A DNA stretch of 56,014 bases from positions 1-56,014 of the forward strand of contig JAGCYJ010000004.1 of NCBI GenBank assembly GCA_017960855.1. The letters are read 5' to 3'. This DNA is from Alphaproteobacteria bacterium (GTDB taxonomy: Bacteria > Pseudomonadota > Alphaproteobacteria > Rs-D84). Shown here one piece after another: positions 1 through 9,637 of this stretch; position 1 is the stretch's first letter; each line of letters begins with the position of its first letter. The notes beneath the pieces are model-generated. The model searched no databases, was not told the DNA's origin, and was given only the letters and a program-made list of their open reading frames with translations. Made by a program: the position numbers and the translations under genes.

Positions 1-1477
1 CATCGCCCTCTTTTATAAGACCCATTGCGATACCTGCAACCGGACGTGTGATTGGCACACCACCGTCCATCATTGCCAATGTCGCACCGCATGTTGTTGC
101 CATAGACGAAGAACCATTTGATTCCAAAATGTCCGACACAACGCGGATAACATAGTCAAACTTTTCGCGACTTGGCACCATTGGATGCAACGCGCGCCAT
201 GCCAAATTACCATGACCCAATTCACGACGACCTGGGGATTTCAAACCTTTGGCTTCACCAACGGAATAGCCAGGGAAGTTATAGTTTAAAATAAAGTCGC
301 GTTCTTCGGCACCGTCCAAACTTTCGATTGGTAATGCATCTTTGCCGCCACCAAGTGTTAATGACACAAGTGCCTGTGTTTCGCCGCGTGTGAACAGTGC
401 GGAACCATGTGCGCGTGGCAAAACGCCCAATTCAATTTCAATCGGACGAACTGTTTTTGTATCACGACCATCAATACGTGGTTTGCCCGCCAAAATGTTG
501 CCACGCATAATACGCGCAGTAATGTTTTCAACGATTTCGTCGGCAGCCGATTCCAGTGTTGAAGTTGCAACCATTGTGTCTGGGAACAATTCAGGAATAC
601 GTGCCTTGGCGGTCGCATGAATATTGCCCAATGTTTCCAAACGAACCAATTTTTCTTTGATTTGCAACGCTTCTTCTATCTGTGGTGCAAATTGTTCAAA
701 GTCCTTTTCCATTGCAATATATTCAGCCGTCTTTTCCGGTGTTGCCCAACGTTCTTTTCCGGCTTTTTCAGTCAATTCGTTAATTGCTTTGATAACAGTT
801 TGCTGTTGATCAAAACCGAATTTAACTGCGCCCAAAGTTGTCGCTTCGTCTAATTCACCAATTTCAGATTCAACCATCAAAACGCCATCTTTGGTTGCGG
901 CAACAACCAAATCCATTTCAGATTCTTCTGTTTCCTTCTTTGAAGGGTTCAACAGATATTGACCGTTTGCGTAACCGACACGTGCCGCACCAATTGGCCC
1001 CGCAAAAGGAACACCAGATAACGCCAATGCTGCGGATGATGCAATCATTGCGACAATGTCTGGTTGATTCTTTTTATCGTATGAAAATGTTTGTGCGATA
1101 ATCTGAACTTTGTTCTTGAATGTTTCTGGGAACAAAGGACGGATTGGACGGTCAATAAGGCGCGCAATCAAAGTTTCTGCGGTTGATGCCTTGCCTTCGC
1201 GACGATCACGTGAACCCGGAATACGACCGGCGGACGCGAACTTTTCTTGGTAATCAACGGTCAAAGGGAAGAAATCTTGACCCTCGACCGCGGTTTTTTC
1301 GGCGCACACAGTTGCCAAAACCATTGTGCCACCCATTGTTGCCAATACTGCACCATTGGCTTGTTTTGCCATACGGCCCGTTTCCAAACGCAGTGTTTCA
1401 TCGCCATATTTAACTTCTACTACGACTGGGTTATTTAAATGTTTTTTTTCGTCTTTATTCAATAAACCGAATAACAT
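1..1477 (-). CDS. pnp: Polynucleotide phosphorylase (PNPase), 5' part only; the gene runs off the left edge
   Basis: My reverse-strand translation from the ATG at 1477-1475 (SD aggag at 1484-1488) gives MLFGLLNKDEKK...VKYGDETLRLETGRMAKQANGAVLATMGGTMVLATV...DYQEKFASAGRIPG...RPIRPLFP...GHGNLAWRAL. This is the typical PNPase N-terminal RNase PH domains. It is absent from the ORF track because it is open-ended. Confidence 0.9.
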   Translation of the reverse strand, partial: MLFGLLNKDEKKHLNNPVVVEVKYGDETLRLETGRMAKQANGAVLATMGGTMVLATVCAEKTAVEGQDFFPLTVDYQEKFASAGRIPGSRDRREGKASTAETLIARLIDRPIRPLFPETFKNKVQIIAQTFSYDKKNQPDIVAMIASSAALALSGVPFAGPIGAARVGYANGQYLLNPSKKETEESEMDLVVAATKDGVLMVESEIGELDEATTLGAVKFGFDQQQTVIKAINELTEKAGKERWATPEKTAEYIAMEKDFEQFAPQIEEALQIKEKLVRLETLGNIHATAKARIPELFPDTMVATSTLESAADEIVENITARIMRGNILAGKPRIDGRDTKTVRPIEIELGVLPRAHGSALFTRGETQALVSLTLGGGKDALPIESLDGAEERDFILNYNFPGYSVGEAKGLKSPGRRELGHGNLAWRALHPMVPSREKFDYVIRVVSDILESNGSSSMATTCGATLAMMDGGVPITRPVAGIAMGLIKEGD

Positions 1478-1638
1478 ACTATTATCTCCTGTTTTATTAA
1501 GGTTATTTAACTCAATTTGACGGAGAAAAATCATTCGTTTTTGCACTCTTTCGCGAAGCACAAAAATGAACAATTTACCCCCCGCCAAGTGCGATTATAA
1601 AGAATATTTATGTGTTTGCAAATATTTTAGTTGGCTTT

Positions 1639-2235
1639 TTATATCAAACACGCCAATGCTGCGCTGGCATTTTTCAACATAAACCAACCAATACGATAGT
1701 TTGTCATATACACCGTTGCCATAAATAGCCCCAGCATAGCGACAACCATTATAACATTGGACTTTTTACCACGCATACAATACGCACCAATGTTATAGAA
1801 CAAGAACAGCAAATATGCATCACACAATATACTGATTATCCACAAGGAAGTGCAATTAAATGCCAAGGCGTTCAAGACCAGTACCACCGGGTATATAAAC
1901 ATGGTTGATGCCAAACCCTTGATCGCAATTTCCCAATCGCGTTCGCCGCCGGTGATTTCAGACACCAACATCAGCAGACCGCCACCCACAAACAGCAGTG
2001 CCACCGCCAATACCGGCATGATAATGATTGCGGTAAATACAGAACCGATTGTGATGGTTGCGCCACCGATTAAGCGAATTGCCAACACCAAACAGCCACC
2101 AATCAAGCCATAGATAAATGCCTTGAACATAGATTCATCTAAATTGCCATCGGCGACAATTTTAGAAAAATAACGCTTTGGGCGTGTGATAATGTCCCAA
2201 ATATGATTACGGCTGGCGTTCTTCTTTTGCTTCAT
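1639..2235 (-). CDS. Yip1-domain-like polytopic inner membrane protein
   Basis: 198 aa. The short hydrophilic N-terminus (WDIITRPKRYF) is followed by about five hydrophobic helices, which is Yip1/DUF1282-like architecture. Confidence 0.55.
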   Translation of the reverse strand: MKQKKNASRNHIWDIITRPKRYFSKIVADGNLDESMFKAFIYGLIGGCLVLAIRLIGGATITIGSVFTAIIIMPVLAVALLFVGGGLLMLVSEITGGERDWEIAIKGLASTMFIYPVVLVLNALAFNCTSLWIISILCDAYLLFLFYNIGAYCMRGKKSNVIMVVAMLGLFMATVYMTNYRIGWFMLKNASAALACLI

Positions 2236-2252
2236 GTACTTTCTTCCTTTGT

Positions 2253-2280
2253 TTGATTATTTATATTTTTGCTTTATAAT
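2253..2280 (+). promoter_or_regulatory. Sigma70-like promoter for der (TTGATT-16 nt-TATAAT)
   Basis: TTGATT at 2253-2258, a 16 nt spacer, and a perfect TATAAT at 2275-2280, about 25 nt upstream of the der ATG. Confidence 0.4.
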
Positions 2281-2305
2281 TGCAAAAAAGCAACGAGAAA
2301 ATAAC

Positions 2306-3637
2306 ATGAAAATAGTAATAGCTGGCCGGCCAAATACCGGTAAATCTACTTTATTCAACGCGCTAACGGGCACGCGTGATGCGCTGGTTCATGATCGGCC
2401 GGGGGTCACACGTGACACCATCGGGGGCGTGGTTGCGAATCGTGATTGGGAAATCATGGATACCGCGGGTCTGGAAAACGCGCGGACTGGTATTGCACAT
2501 GATTCGACCGATATGGCGGTTGCGGCGATTGCCGAATCTGATGCTGTTTTATTCGTTGTTGATGGTCGTGTGGGATTGACCGATGAAGATTTAAATTGGG
2601 CGCGTATGGTTCGCCGTAAAACTAAATCACCGGTATTACTGGTGGTGAATAAATCCGAATCGGCATCACGCATGGCGGACTTAAATGATTTTTATAAATT
2701 AGGTTTTGGGGAACCTGTTTTAATTTCCGCTGAACATAAACGCGGTTTTGATGCACTGTATGAATTTATGGATAAAATTGCCGGTGAAAATAGTGAAAAA
2801 AAGCCGGGAAATGCCGGTAATAATTCGCGTATTAAAATCGCTGTTTTGGGTCAGCCAAATGTTGGAAAATCAACATTTGTAAATCGTGTGTTGGGGCAAA
2901 AAAGACAAATTGTTGAAGATGCGCCGGGTATTACGCGCGATACCGTTAAAATCCCAACCAAATTCTATGGTCGCGACATTGTTATAATGGATACCGCGGG
3001 TCTGCGTCGCAAAGCGGGGGTGACAGATGATGTTGAAACATTGTCTGCGTTGAAATCACTGGATGCGATTGAAAAAGCAGATGTCGTTATTTTGATGGTT
3101 GATGCAACACGCGATATTGAAAATCAAGCATTGGGAATTGCGGGGCGTGTTTACGATGCGGGCAAGATTTTGTGTGTTGCGCTGAATAAATGGGACTTGG
3201 TTGAACCAGAATTGCGTGATGAAAAGTTGTTAAAGTTAAAGCATCAATTTACAAATTCTTTCCATCAGATTATAAAACCGATGATTTTGGCTGTGTCGGC
3301 CGAGACGGGAACCGGTGTTCAAAATATGTTTCGCCGCATCTATGAACAATATGATTTGGCGAACGCGACCGTGCCGACAAGTTTATTGAACAGAATTGTT
3401 GAAAAATTGGTTGAAACGCGACAGCCACCAATGTCGCGCCTTAAACGCCCCATGAAGATTAAGTTTGCACGTCAAATTGGTCGTCACCCGATGCGGATTG
3501 CGATAAATGTTGGTGGTGCGTCTGATATTCCAGAATCTTATACGCGTTATTTGCGGCGCGGAATCGCAACCGAATTAAAATGGGAACACTTGCCGATTGT
3601 GATTGAATATAAAAAGGCAGAAAATCCGTTTGATTAA
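2306..3637 (+). CDS. der: Ribosome-associated GTPase Der/EngA (double GTPase domains)
   Basis: MKIVIAGRPNTGKSTLFNALTG...DTAG, then a second G domain KIAVLGQPNVGKSTFVNRVLG...DTAGLRRK...NKWDL plus a KH-like C-terminus. I chose the internal ATG at 2306 because the upstream ORF extension overlaps the divergent gene. Confidence 0.9.
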   Translation: MKIVIAGRPNTGKSTLFNALTGTRDALVHDRPGVTRDTIGGVVANRDWEIMDTAGLENARTGIAHDSTDMAVAAIAESDAVLFVVDGRVGLTDEDLNWARMVRRKTKSPVLLVVNKSESASRMADLNDFYKLGFGEPVLISAEHKRGFDALYEFMDKIAGENSEKKPGNAGNNSRIKIAVLGQPNVGKSTFVNRVLGQKRQIVEDAPGITRDTVKIPTKFYGRDIVIMDTAGLRRKAGVTDDVETLSALKSLDAIEKADVVILMVDATRDIENQALGIAGRVYDAGKILCVALNKWDLVEPELRDEKLLKLKHQFTNSFHQIIKPMILAVSAETGTGVQNMFRRIYEQYDLANATVPTSLLNRIVEKLVETRQPPMSRLKRPMKIKFARQIGRHPMRIAINVGGASDIPESYTRYLRRGIATELKWEHLPIVIEYKKAENPFD

Positions 3638-3647
3638 ATAATACGAT

Positions 3648-3679
3648 AAAAAAATATCGGACAAGTGTCCGATATTTTT
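3648..3679. terminator. Bidirectional rho-independent terminator between der and infC
   Basis: A-run, 9 bp stem atatcggac/gtccgatat with a 4 nt loop, then T-run. It lies between convergent genes. Confidence 0.6.
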
Positions 3680-4226
3680 ATTTCGCAGGCGCGATAAGTA
3701 TAGATTTTGTTCTTTCGTCTGGCTTGGATTTGGATTCCAAGGTTCCGCGATTGCCAACAATTTCTACAATGCGTGCAAATAATTCCGGAACAGCATCTTT
3801 ACCACGTGCCAAAACCTTTTTATTACCGCGTGTCATAACGGCGATTTTAACCTTGTTCCCAGAATCCAAGAATTCGAAAACCTTTTTCATTTTGATGTTC
3901 AGGTCGTTTTCTTCAATAAATGGTTTAACCCAAACTTCCTTAACTTCTACTGTTTTTTGATTCTTGCGTGCTTCACTTGCGCGTTTTTTCTGTTCATATT
4001 TGAATTTGCCATAATCCATAATTTTTACAATTGGTGGCGTATTGGAAGAATTGATTTCAACCAAGTCCAATCCGTCATCAGAAGCAATTTGCAATGCCTG
4101 TGGCGTTGGCATAACGCCCAAATTCTGACCAGTTGCGCTGATTACTTGAACCGTTTTCGCAAAGATTCGGTTATTCATACGCGGACCCATGTCGCGACGA
4201 TTATCATTATTAAATGCAGGTTTAAT
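3678..4226 (-). CDS. infC: Translation initiation factor IF-3, with a probable AUU start codon
   Basis: The ORF shows a typical IF-3 sequence (NNRIFAKTVQVISATGQNLGVMPTPQALQIASDDGLDLVEI...KIMDYGKFKYEQKK...). It stays open upstream of the first ATG (4190). An in-frame ATT at 4226-4224 lies 6 nt downstream of aaggag, adding IKPAFNNDNRRD. Confidence 0.85.
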   Translation of the reverse strand: MKPAFNNDNRRDMGPRMNNRIFAKTVQVISATGQNLGVMPTPQALQIASDDGLDLVEINSSNTPPIVKIMDYGKFKYEQKKRASEARKNQKTVEVKEVWVKPFIEENDLNIKMKKVFEFLDSGNKVKIAVMTRGNKKVLARGKDAVPELFARIVEIVGNRGTLESKSKPDERTKSILIAPAK

Positions 4227-4268
4227 GTTAAACTCCTTTGTTAAACATAAGTGAATTATTTATTATTT

Positions 4269-5057
4269 TTATACTGTTTTCAACAATTTTTGTGCATCTT
4301 GCAGTGCCGCCCATGCATCGCGTTTAGCAGACGGTTTAAGCATTATATAATTAGGATGATACATGGCGATAAGTTTCACGCCATTTGGTAAATCAACGAT
4401 TTTGCCATGATCACGCGCAATTTGTACCAATCCAACTTCTGCGGCTGGTAAAGAGCCCAGTGTCAAAATGACGCGTGGCAACAAAAATTCCAGCGCCCTA
4501 TCAACAAAAGGACGCGCCAAATCAATTTCTTCGCGTGTTGGTGTGCGGCCACCAGGTGTACGCCAAAACAGCATTGGCACGATTGACACATTGTCACGCG
4601 ACATTTCAATAGCAGACAACATTTTGTCCATAAGTTCGCCTGTTGCCCCTGATAGAATTTTTCCAGATGCATCATCATCTGCGCCAGGCATATCGGTTAG
4701 TATAACCATGCCATTCGGGTTTGGGGCAATCCATGGCAAAACAACGTTCGTTGCGCAATTGCGCAATGGATGGTTAAATTCAGAAATCATGCGACACAGT
4801 GAATCCATATCGCTGGGGCGCGACGCCATTGATACCGCGGTTGCTTGGGATACTGTTTGAGTTGGTGCGATTGGTGGTACAACAGCACCAGACATTTTCT
4901 GTGCGGTATTCTGGGCTTGCACTGTGGTTGGAGCGTCCAAACAGGTGGTTGATTTTTCACTTAATTCCCATTTTACACCACTTGATAATAGGTCTTGCAA
5001 CTGCTCTATATACATTTTTTTGTTTTTCCTTGATTTTTCAAATAGTTTATTATACAC
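4269..5057 (-). CDS. Uracil-DNA glycosylase superfamily protein (family 4-like) with an N-terminal extension
   Basis: The C-terminal roughly 170 aa (PGADDDASGKILSGATGELMDKMLSAI...FWRTPGGRTPTREEI...ILTLG...HPNYIMLKP) resemble the UDG family 4 / phage-type DNA polymerase N-terminal fold. Catalytic status is uncertain. Confidence 0.5.
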   Translation of the reverse strand: MYNKLFEKSRKNKKMYIEQLQDLLSSGVKWELSEKSTTCLDAPTTVQAQNTAQKMSGAVVPPIAPTQTVSQATAVSMASRPSDMDSLCRMISEFNHPLRNCATNVVLPWIAPNPNGMVILTDMPGADDDASGKILSGATGELMDKMLSAIEMSRDNVSIVPMLFWRTPGGRTPTREEIDLARPFVDRALEFLLPRVILTLGSLPAAEVGLVQIARDHGKIVDLPNGVKLIAMYHPNYIMLKPSAKRDAWAALQDAQKLLKTV

Positions 5058-5094
5058 TATACCACGAGCAACAGAAACTCAAGGGAGTATTTTC

Positions 5095-5517
5095 ATGAAA
5101 ATCAAAAACTTTGCTATGTTGGCGGGTGCAGCAGCTATTTTGGCGGCATGTCACCATCATTCTACATCAATCTCTGAACCAACAGATCTGAACGATCAAC
5201 GCGTGTTCTTTGCATTTAATTCTTCGGAAATTTCAGATGCAGCACGTGAAAACTTGTTGGGTCAGTCCATGTATTTGAAGAGTCACGAAGATGTCAAAGT
5301 CCAAATTGCTGGTAACTGCGACGAACGTGGATCAACAGAATACAACTTGGCTTTGGGCGCACGTCGTGCAAACGCTGCAAAAGCTGTCTTGGTCAAAGAC
5401 GGTGTTGATGCAAAGCGCGTTTCTACGATTTCCTATGGTAAAGAACGTCCATTGGTTCAAGGTTCTGGCGAAAACGCATGGAAGTGGAATCGTAACGCCA
5501 CAACAACAGTTAAATAA
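5095..5517 (+). CDS. pal: Peptidoglycan-associated lipoprotein Pal (OmpA-C domain)
   Basis: MKIKNFAMLAGAAAILAAC lipobox, then FFAFNSSEISDAARENL...VQIAGNCDERGSTEYNLALGARRANAAKAVL...ISYGKERP. SD aagggag lies 8 nt upstream of the ATG at 5095. Confidence 0.8.
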   Translation: MKIKNFAMLAGAAAILAACHHHSTSISEPTDLNDQRVFFAFNSSEISDAARENLLGQSMYLKSHEDVKVQIAGNCDERGSTEYNLALGARRANAAKAVLVKDGVDAKRVSTISYGKERPLVQGSGENAWKWNRNATTTVK

Positions 5518-5534
5518 TGATTTAATTGTAGTTT

Positions 5535-5567
5535 AAAAAACACCGGCGATTGCCGGTGTTTTTTTGT
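5535..5567. terminator. Bidirectional terminator, ACACCGGC hairpin family
   Basis: aaaaaacaccggc-gatt-gccggtgttttttt between convergent pal and parB. Confidence 0.7.
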
Positions 5568-5580
5568 TTTATTTTATCGT

Positions 5581-6456
5581 TTATTTCGTAAGTTTCTTTA
5601 TTAATTCATCCAGTTCAAGACGTGATGAATATTCTAAAACGATTCGCCCTGCTCCGCCACGGCGTTCAATAATTTTTGTGGGGACCTTTAATGACGACTT
5701 TATTTTTGATTCAAGCGTGCCAATTGTTTTTGGATCCATCGTGTGTATGGTATAAGAACGACTTTTCTTGGAACGGGTTGCGCCCTTTACCAAAGCATCT
5801 GTAGCGGCGACAGTCAAACCGTTATTAACAATTTCGTGTGCCAGTTTTTCCGGGTTTTCTGCAACCGCGATTGCACGCGCGTGTGATGCTGAAAGCTTGC
5901 CCTCTTTTACCATGTTTTTGACACTTTCCGGCAATTCCATCAAACGCATTGCGTTGCGGATATAACTTTCAGATTTACCAATAAGACGAACGATGTCCGA
6001 TAAAGTATAGCCACATTCGTGCATAAGGTTTTTATAGGCACCCGCCTCTTCTATTGGGTTCAGATTTTCGCGTTGGACATTTTCAATAAGGGCGATTTCC
6101 ATCGCGTTTTCATTTGTTAATGTCTTTATCAGGGCGGGAATATCAGTTTTTCCTGCTAATTTACTGGCGCGAAATCTGCGTTCACCGGCAACGATTTCAT
6201 ATAAATATGGTTGTCCTGTGACGCTGCGTAATAAAATTGGTTGTAAAACGCCCTTTTCTTTAATGGATGCCGCCAATTCTGCTAGTTCTGCATCAGAAAA
6301 AGTTTTACGTGGCTGATTAGGATTTGCGCCAATTTGATTTAGGGGTATTTGTTTTACAACAACGCGTTCTGTGCCGGTCAATACTGAAATGTCTGGTATT
6401 GAACCAATTTCTTTTTCCAAATCATCCAAACCACGTCCCAATCCAAACTTTGACAT
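5581..6456 (-). CDS. parB: Chromosome partitioning protein ParB
   Basis: GLGRGLDDL...NPNQPRKTF...LAASIKEKGVLQPILLR...YEIVAGERRFRASKLAG. These are the classic ParB boxes plus an HTH. Confidence 0.9.
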   Translation of the reverse strand: MSKFGLGRGLDDLEKEIGSIPDISVLTGTERVVVKQIPLNQIGANPNQPRKTFSDAELAELAASIKEKGVLQPILLRSVTGQPYLYEIVAGERRFRASKLAGKTDIPALIKTLTNENAMEIALIENVQRENLNPIEEAGAYKNLMHECGYTLSDIVRLIGKSESYIRNAMRLMELPESVKNMVKEGKLSASHARAIAVAENPEKLAHEIVNNGLTVAATDALVKGATRSKKSRSYTIHTMDPKTIGTLESKIKSSLKVPTKIIERRGGAGRIVLEYSSRLELDELIKKLTK

Positions 6457-6459
6457 TTT

Positions 6460-7233
6460 TTATACCCCCTGCTCTGTTTTTTGAATAACCTCGGTTGCAA
6501 CACGTAAATATGCCTGGGCACCCGGCGAATTAAAGTCATAGAACAATGCCGGTTTGCCGTAACTGGGCGCTTCGGATACACGAACATTGCGCGGAACAAC
6601 CGTTTTGAAAACAATATCGCCAAATTTTTTGCGTACATCTTCTTCAACTGCTTTAGTTAAAGCAAATTGTTTAGAGTACATTGTTAACAAAACACCTAAT
6701 ATCTCTAATTCTGGGTTCAAGCGATTTCTTATTTCTTGTATTGATTTTACCATGTGGGTTATCCCCTCTAGTGCATAAAACTCACACTGCATTGGGATAA
6801 GGACCGAATTTGCTGCCGTAAGCGCATTTATTGTCACCAAACCCAATGCCGGTGGACAATCCAACAATATATAATCATAATGAGGCGCAATATCAGCCAG
6901 TGCATCGCGCAAACGATATTGTGGCCGTTCAAGATCCATTAGTTCAGTATCCGCATCAGCCATTTGCATAGATGACGGCATAATATGTAAATTAGGAACC
7001 GCGGTTGTTAAAATGTTGTCTGCTGCACGCGCTGTTCCCATTAAAACCCCATATACACTTTGACGGTGTGCACTGCGCACAAAGCCAAGTCCAGTGCCGG
7101 CATTTCCCTGTGAATCAAGGTCAATCAACAGCACACGACGTTTAATTGTCGCCAACGATGCGCCTATATTTATGGCAGTTGTCGTTTTTCCAACCCCGCC
7201 CTTTTGATTAGCAAATGCGATAATTTGTGTCAT
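6460..7233 (-). CDS. parA: Chromosome partitioning ATPase ParA/Soj
   Basis: IIAFANQKGGVGKTTTAINIGASLA...LLIDLDSQGNA, a deviant Walker A. It sits directly upstream of parB. Confidence 0.9.
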   Translation of the reverse strand: MTQIIAFANQKGGVGKTTTAINIGASLATIKRRVLLIDLDSQGNAGTGLGFVRSAHRQSVYGVLMGTARAADNILTTAVPNLHIMPSSMQMADADTELMDLERPQYRLRDALADIAPHYDYILLDCPPALGLVTINALTAANSVLIPMQCEFYALEGITHMVKSIQEIRNRLNPELEILGVLLTMYSKQFALTKAVEEDVRKKFGDIVFKTVVPRNVRVSEAPSYGKPALFYDFNSPGAQAYLRVATEVIQKTEQGV

Positions 7234-7324
7234 TTTATCCTTCCGTTATAGTATAAGATAAAAAAAACACCGGTGTTGGTCAAGATATAAAATAAAAACG
7301 CCGTAAAAACAATGTATAATTAAA

Positions 7325-7340
7325 TATTTCATATGAAATA
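7325..7340. promoter_or_regulatory. Perfect 16 bp palindrome TATTTCATATGAAATA (distant parS-like)
   Basis: Self-complementary 16-mer in the AT-rich rsmG-parA spacer. It matches the TGTTTCACGTGAAACA consensus at 12 of 16 positions. Confidence 0.25.
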
Positions 7341-7422
7341 AAAACACAACGATTCGTTTTTGTTTTTATGCAAAACCATTGGTTGTGATTTATAAATATA
7401 CTAAAATCAATGTAATATGGTA

Positions 7423-7438
7423 TGTTTCATGTGAAATA
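7423..7438. promoter_or_regulatory. Candidate parS centromere site TGTTTCATGTGAAATA
   Basis: Matches the canonical parS TGTTTCACGTGAAACA at 14 of 16 positions. It lies between rsmG and parA, a typical parS location. Confidence 0.45.
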
Positions 7439-7444
7439 TAAAAA

Positions 7445-8005
7445 TTATTTTGTGATAATTGTTATAAAACCATCGCCGGTTTTTGATGGAATTAATTCAT
7501 ATTTGAATTTGTATTTTTGTTTTGCGGTCGCAATTTCAGATTCTATTTCCCGGCCTTTTAATAAAAAAAGCCGGCAATTTTTTGATTTTGTGTAATCTAA
7601 TATTTTGACCAATGGTGCAAACGCACGTGCGGTGAATACAAAATGTGAAGAATCAGCCGGCATTTGCCGGACAAAATCTTCTACGCGACCATGATATATT
7701 TCCAAGTTTTTTATTTTTAATTCGTCTTTTACAGCAGATAAAAATGAAACTTTTTTGCCGATTGATTCAATGCATGTGACGCGCCAACCTAAAAGAGATA
7801 ATACGACACCTGGGAACCCTGCACCGCTGCCAAGATCAATGATATGAACATTTTTAGGCAAGACATCGGCCAACTGGGCGGAATCGGCAAAGTGCCGCGT
7901 TTCAATGTCGGAAAGCGTGCTGGGGGCAACAAGATTCATGCGTCCCGACCATTCACGCAACATTTCGGCATAGCGATTAAAATTAACTTTATTATTCATG
8001 AACAA
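7445..8005 (-). CDS. rsmG: 16S rRNA (guanine527-N7)-methyltransferase RsmG/GidB
   Basis: LREWSGRMNLVAPSTL...HFADS...IIDLGSGAGFPGVVLS. It sits upstream of parAB, which is conserved synteny. Confidence 0.85.
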   Translation of the reverse strand: MFMNNKVNFNRYAEMLREWSGRMNLVAPSTLSDIETRHFADSAQLADVLPKNVHIIDLGSGAGFPGVVLSLLGWRVTCIESIGKKVSFLSAVKDELKIKNLEIYHGRVEDFVRQMPADSSHFVFTARAFAPLVKILDYTKSKNCRLFLLKGREIESEIATAKQKYKFKYELIPSKTGDGFITIITK

Positions 8006-8023
8006 TATTGTAGCATAGCGTTT

Positions 8024-9637
8024 ATGAAAAATACAGGAAGTTTATTTGTAAAAATAGTGCTGGTCGGTGCAATTGTGGCGACTGGTATAATCGTGTGGAA
8101 TGGCAATATTTTGCGTTCTGAAAACACGTCATCAATTCAACCAACAAAATATGGTGATTTTTTGGCGGCGCAACACGCGGTCTATGTCAATGATTTTGAT
8201 GCCGCTGCGGAATTTAGCAAGGACTTGGATGTGCCAGATGTTCCCGCTGTTCAGAATATAAAAATGATGTCAGCGTTTTTAAGCGGAAAAATGCCCGAAG
8301 GTGTTGAAGATTTAAAAAAAGAATCTGGAACCCCTGCTCGTCTGATTTATGATGCTTATTTGGTGAATAGCAATAATTGGGAAGAAATGTATTCTCGCCA
8401 CAAGAACGATAAATCTGCGTTGGCGGCACCGTTGCGTATATGGTCTGCGATTGCGGTAAACCACAAGACAGAAACCTTAAAATTCATAGATTCATTGGAA
8501 ACAAGTGATGCGTGGAAATCGTTTGTGCGCGGTCAAATCTATGCGGAAACGGACGAAATATCCAAAGCAGCAGACGCGTTTGCAAGTGTTAAACCAAGTT
8601 TTTTAAACATAAATGACTATCTGTACATAATGTCATTTTATAATCATAACGGCATGATGGAATTAGCAGATGCTTTGCGTGATGCTTTTACGGCACAGCC
8701 AGGTGGAATGTTTATGGCCGGGTTTGATAACATTCCAGATTGGTCTGAATATAGTGGGCTGAAAAACGCGTTAGCATTTAGTTTGGTTCAAAATGTATCG
8801 CATACCCAAGTTATGATGTATTCTGATTTAGCGGTTCTGTTGTTGCGCTTTTCCCAAATAATAGGGGACGATGGCGTGGCAAAGAGTGATGCAATATCAT
8901 ATTATTTGGGACAGTTTTTCTTTAATAATGGTGGTGATTACGAACCTTATTTTTCAAAGATACACGCGACAAGTCCGTTTTATCCGTTCGCAATGTTGCG
9001 TATCGCCGAAGGGGGACAAGATGTGTTAAAATTGCGTCGTGTGTTGAACGCATATCCGACATTTGTTCCGGCAATTAACAAATTGGCGGCATATTATATA
9101 TCACACGGTGATCGTCGTGCTGCGTTAAAGATAATAAATCGTGCGCTGGAAAACGAAGATTTGTCTGATGAAAATCATGCGTTTTTCTTAAAGAGCAGGG
9201 CGCAAGTGTATTTTGCCTTTGGTGATATGAATAATGCGCAATCTGATATTCGTGCAGCATCAGATGTCTTGGAATTGGATGCCGAGATATTGGCTTTACA
9301 GGCAAAAATATGGGCGGTGCAAAATCGCGAAATAGATACAGCTTATGAATATGCGATGACACTTGTTAAACGCAATCCATCGGATGTTTTTGCATGGGAT
9401 GTATTGGGACGTGTCGTTGCAGCACGTGAAGGTGATGAAGCGGCATTAGAGTTGATTGAACGTGTTGGTGAAGTTGCCAAAGAATGTTCTTCGTTATTTG
9501 ATAACTTGGGTGATTTATATATGCGCAGTGGCAATGATAAAATGGCACGGGATGCGTATTTGCGTGCCATAGAGTTATCTGGTGATGGTTTGGTTGTTGT
9601 GCCACATATTCGTCAAAAATTAAGGAAGATAAAATGA
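8024..9637 (+). CDS. TPR-repeat protein with an N-terminal membrane anchor
   Basis: MKNTGSLFVKIVLVGAIVATGIIVW TM helix, then a TPR-like helical repeat region (RAQVYFAFGDMNNAQSDI..., LGDLYMRSGNDKMARDAYLRAIEL). Start moved to 8024 because the longer ORF overlaps rsmG. The stop overlaps the gpsA start (ATGA). Confidence 0.6.
   Translation: MKNTGSLFVKIVLVGAIVATGIIVWNGNILRSENTSSIQPTKYGDFLAAQHAVYVNDFDAAAEFSKDLDVPDVPAVQNIKMMSAFLSGKMPEGVEDLKKESGTPARLIYDAYLVNSNNWEEMYSRHKNDKSALAAPLRIWSAIAVNHKTETLKFIDSLETSDAWKSFVRGQIYAETDEISKAADAFASVKPSFLNINDYLYIMSFYNHNGMMELADALRDAFTAQPGGMFMAGFDNIPDWSEYSGLKNALAFSLVQNVSHTQVMMYSDLAVLLLRFSQIIGDDGVAKSDAISYYLGQFFFNNGGDYEPYFSKIHATSPFYPFAMLRIAEGGQDVLKLRRVLNAYPTFVPAINKLAAYYISHGDRRAALKIINRALENEDLSDENHAFFLKSRAQVYFAFGDMNNAQSDIRAASDVLELDAEILALQAKIWAVQNREIDTAYEYAMTLVKRNPSDVFAWDVLGRVVAAREGDEAALELIERVGEVAKECSSLFDNLGDLYMRSGNDKMARDAYLRAIELSGDGLVVVPHIRQKLRKIK

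Noticed and set aside
7234-7444. Possible oriC in the AT-rich rsmG-parA spacer
   Set aside because: I found only one weak DnaA-box-like 9-mer (ttatccttc, 7 of 9), no cluster of boxes and no obvious 13-mer DUE repeats. The region is better explained as the parAB promoter plus parS-like sites.
7844-8023. Long N-terminal extensions of the TPR protein (start 7844) and of pal (start 4924)
   Set aside because: The extensions overlap the oppositely oriented rsmG and UDG-like genes. The internal ATGs give proper signal/anchor sequences, and pal has a good SD.
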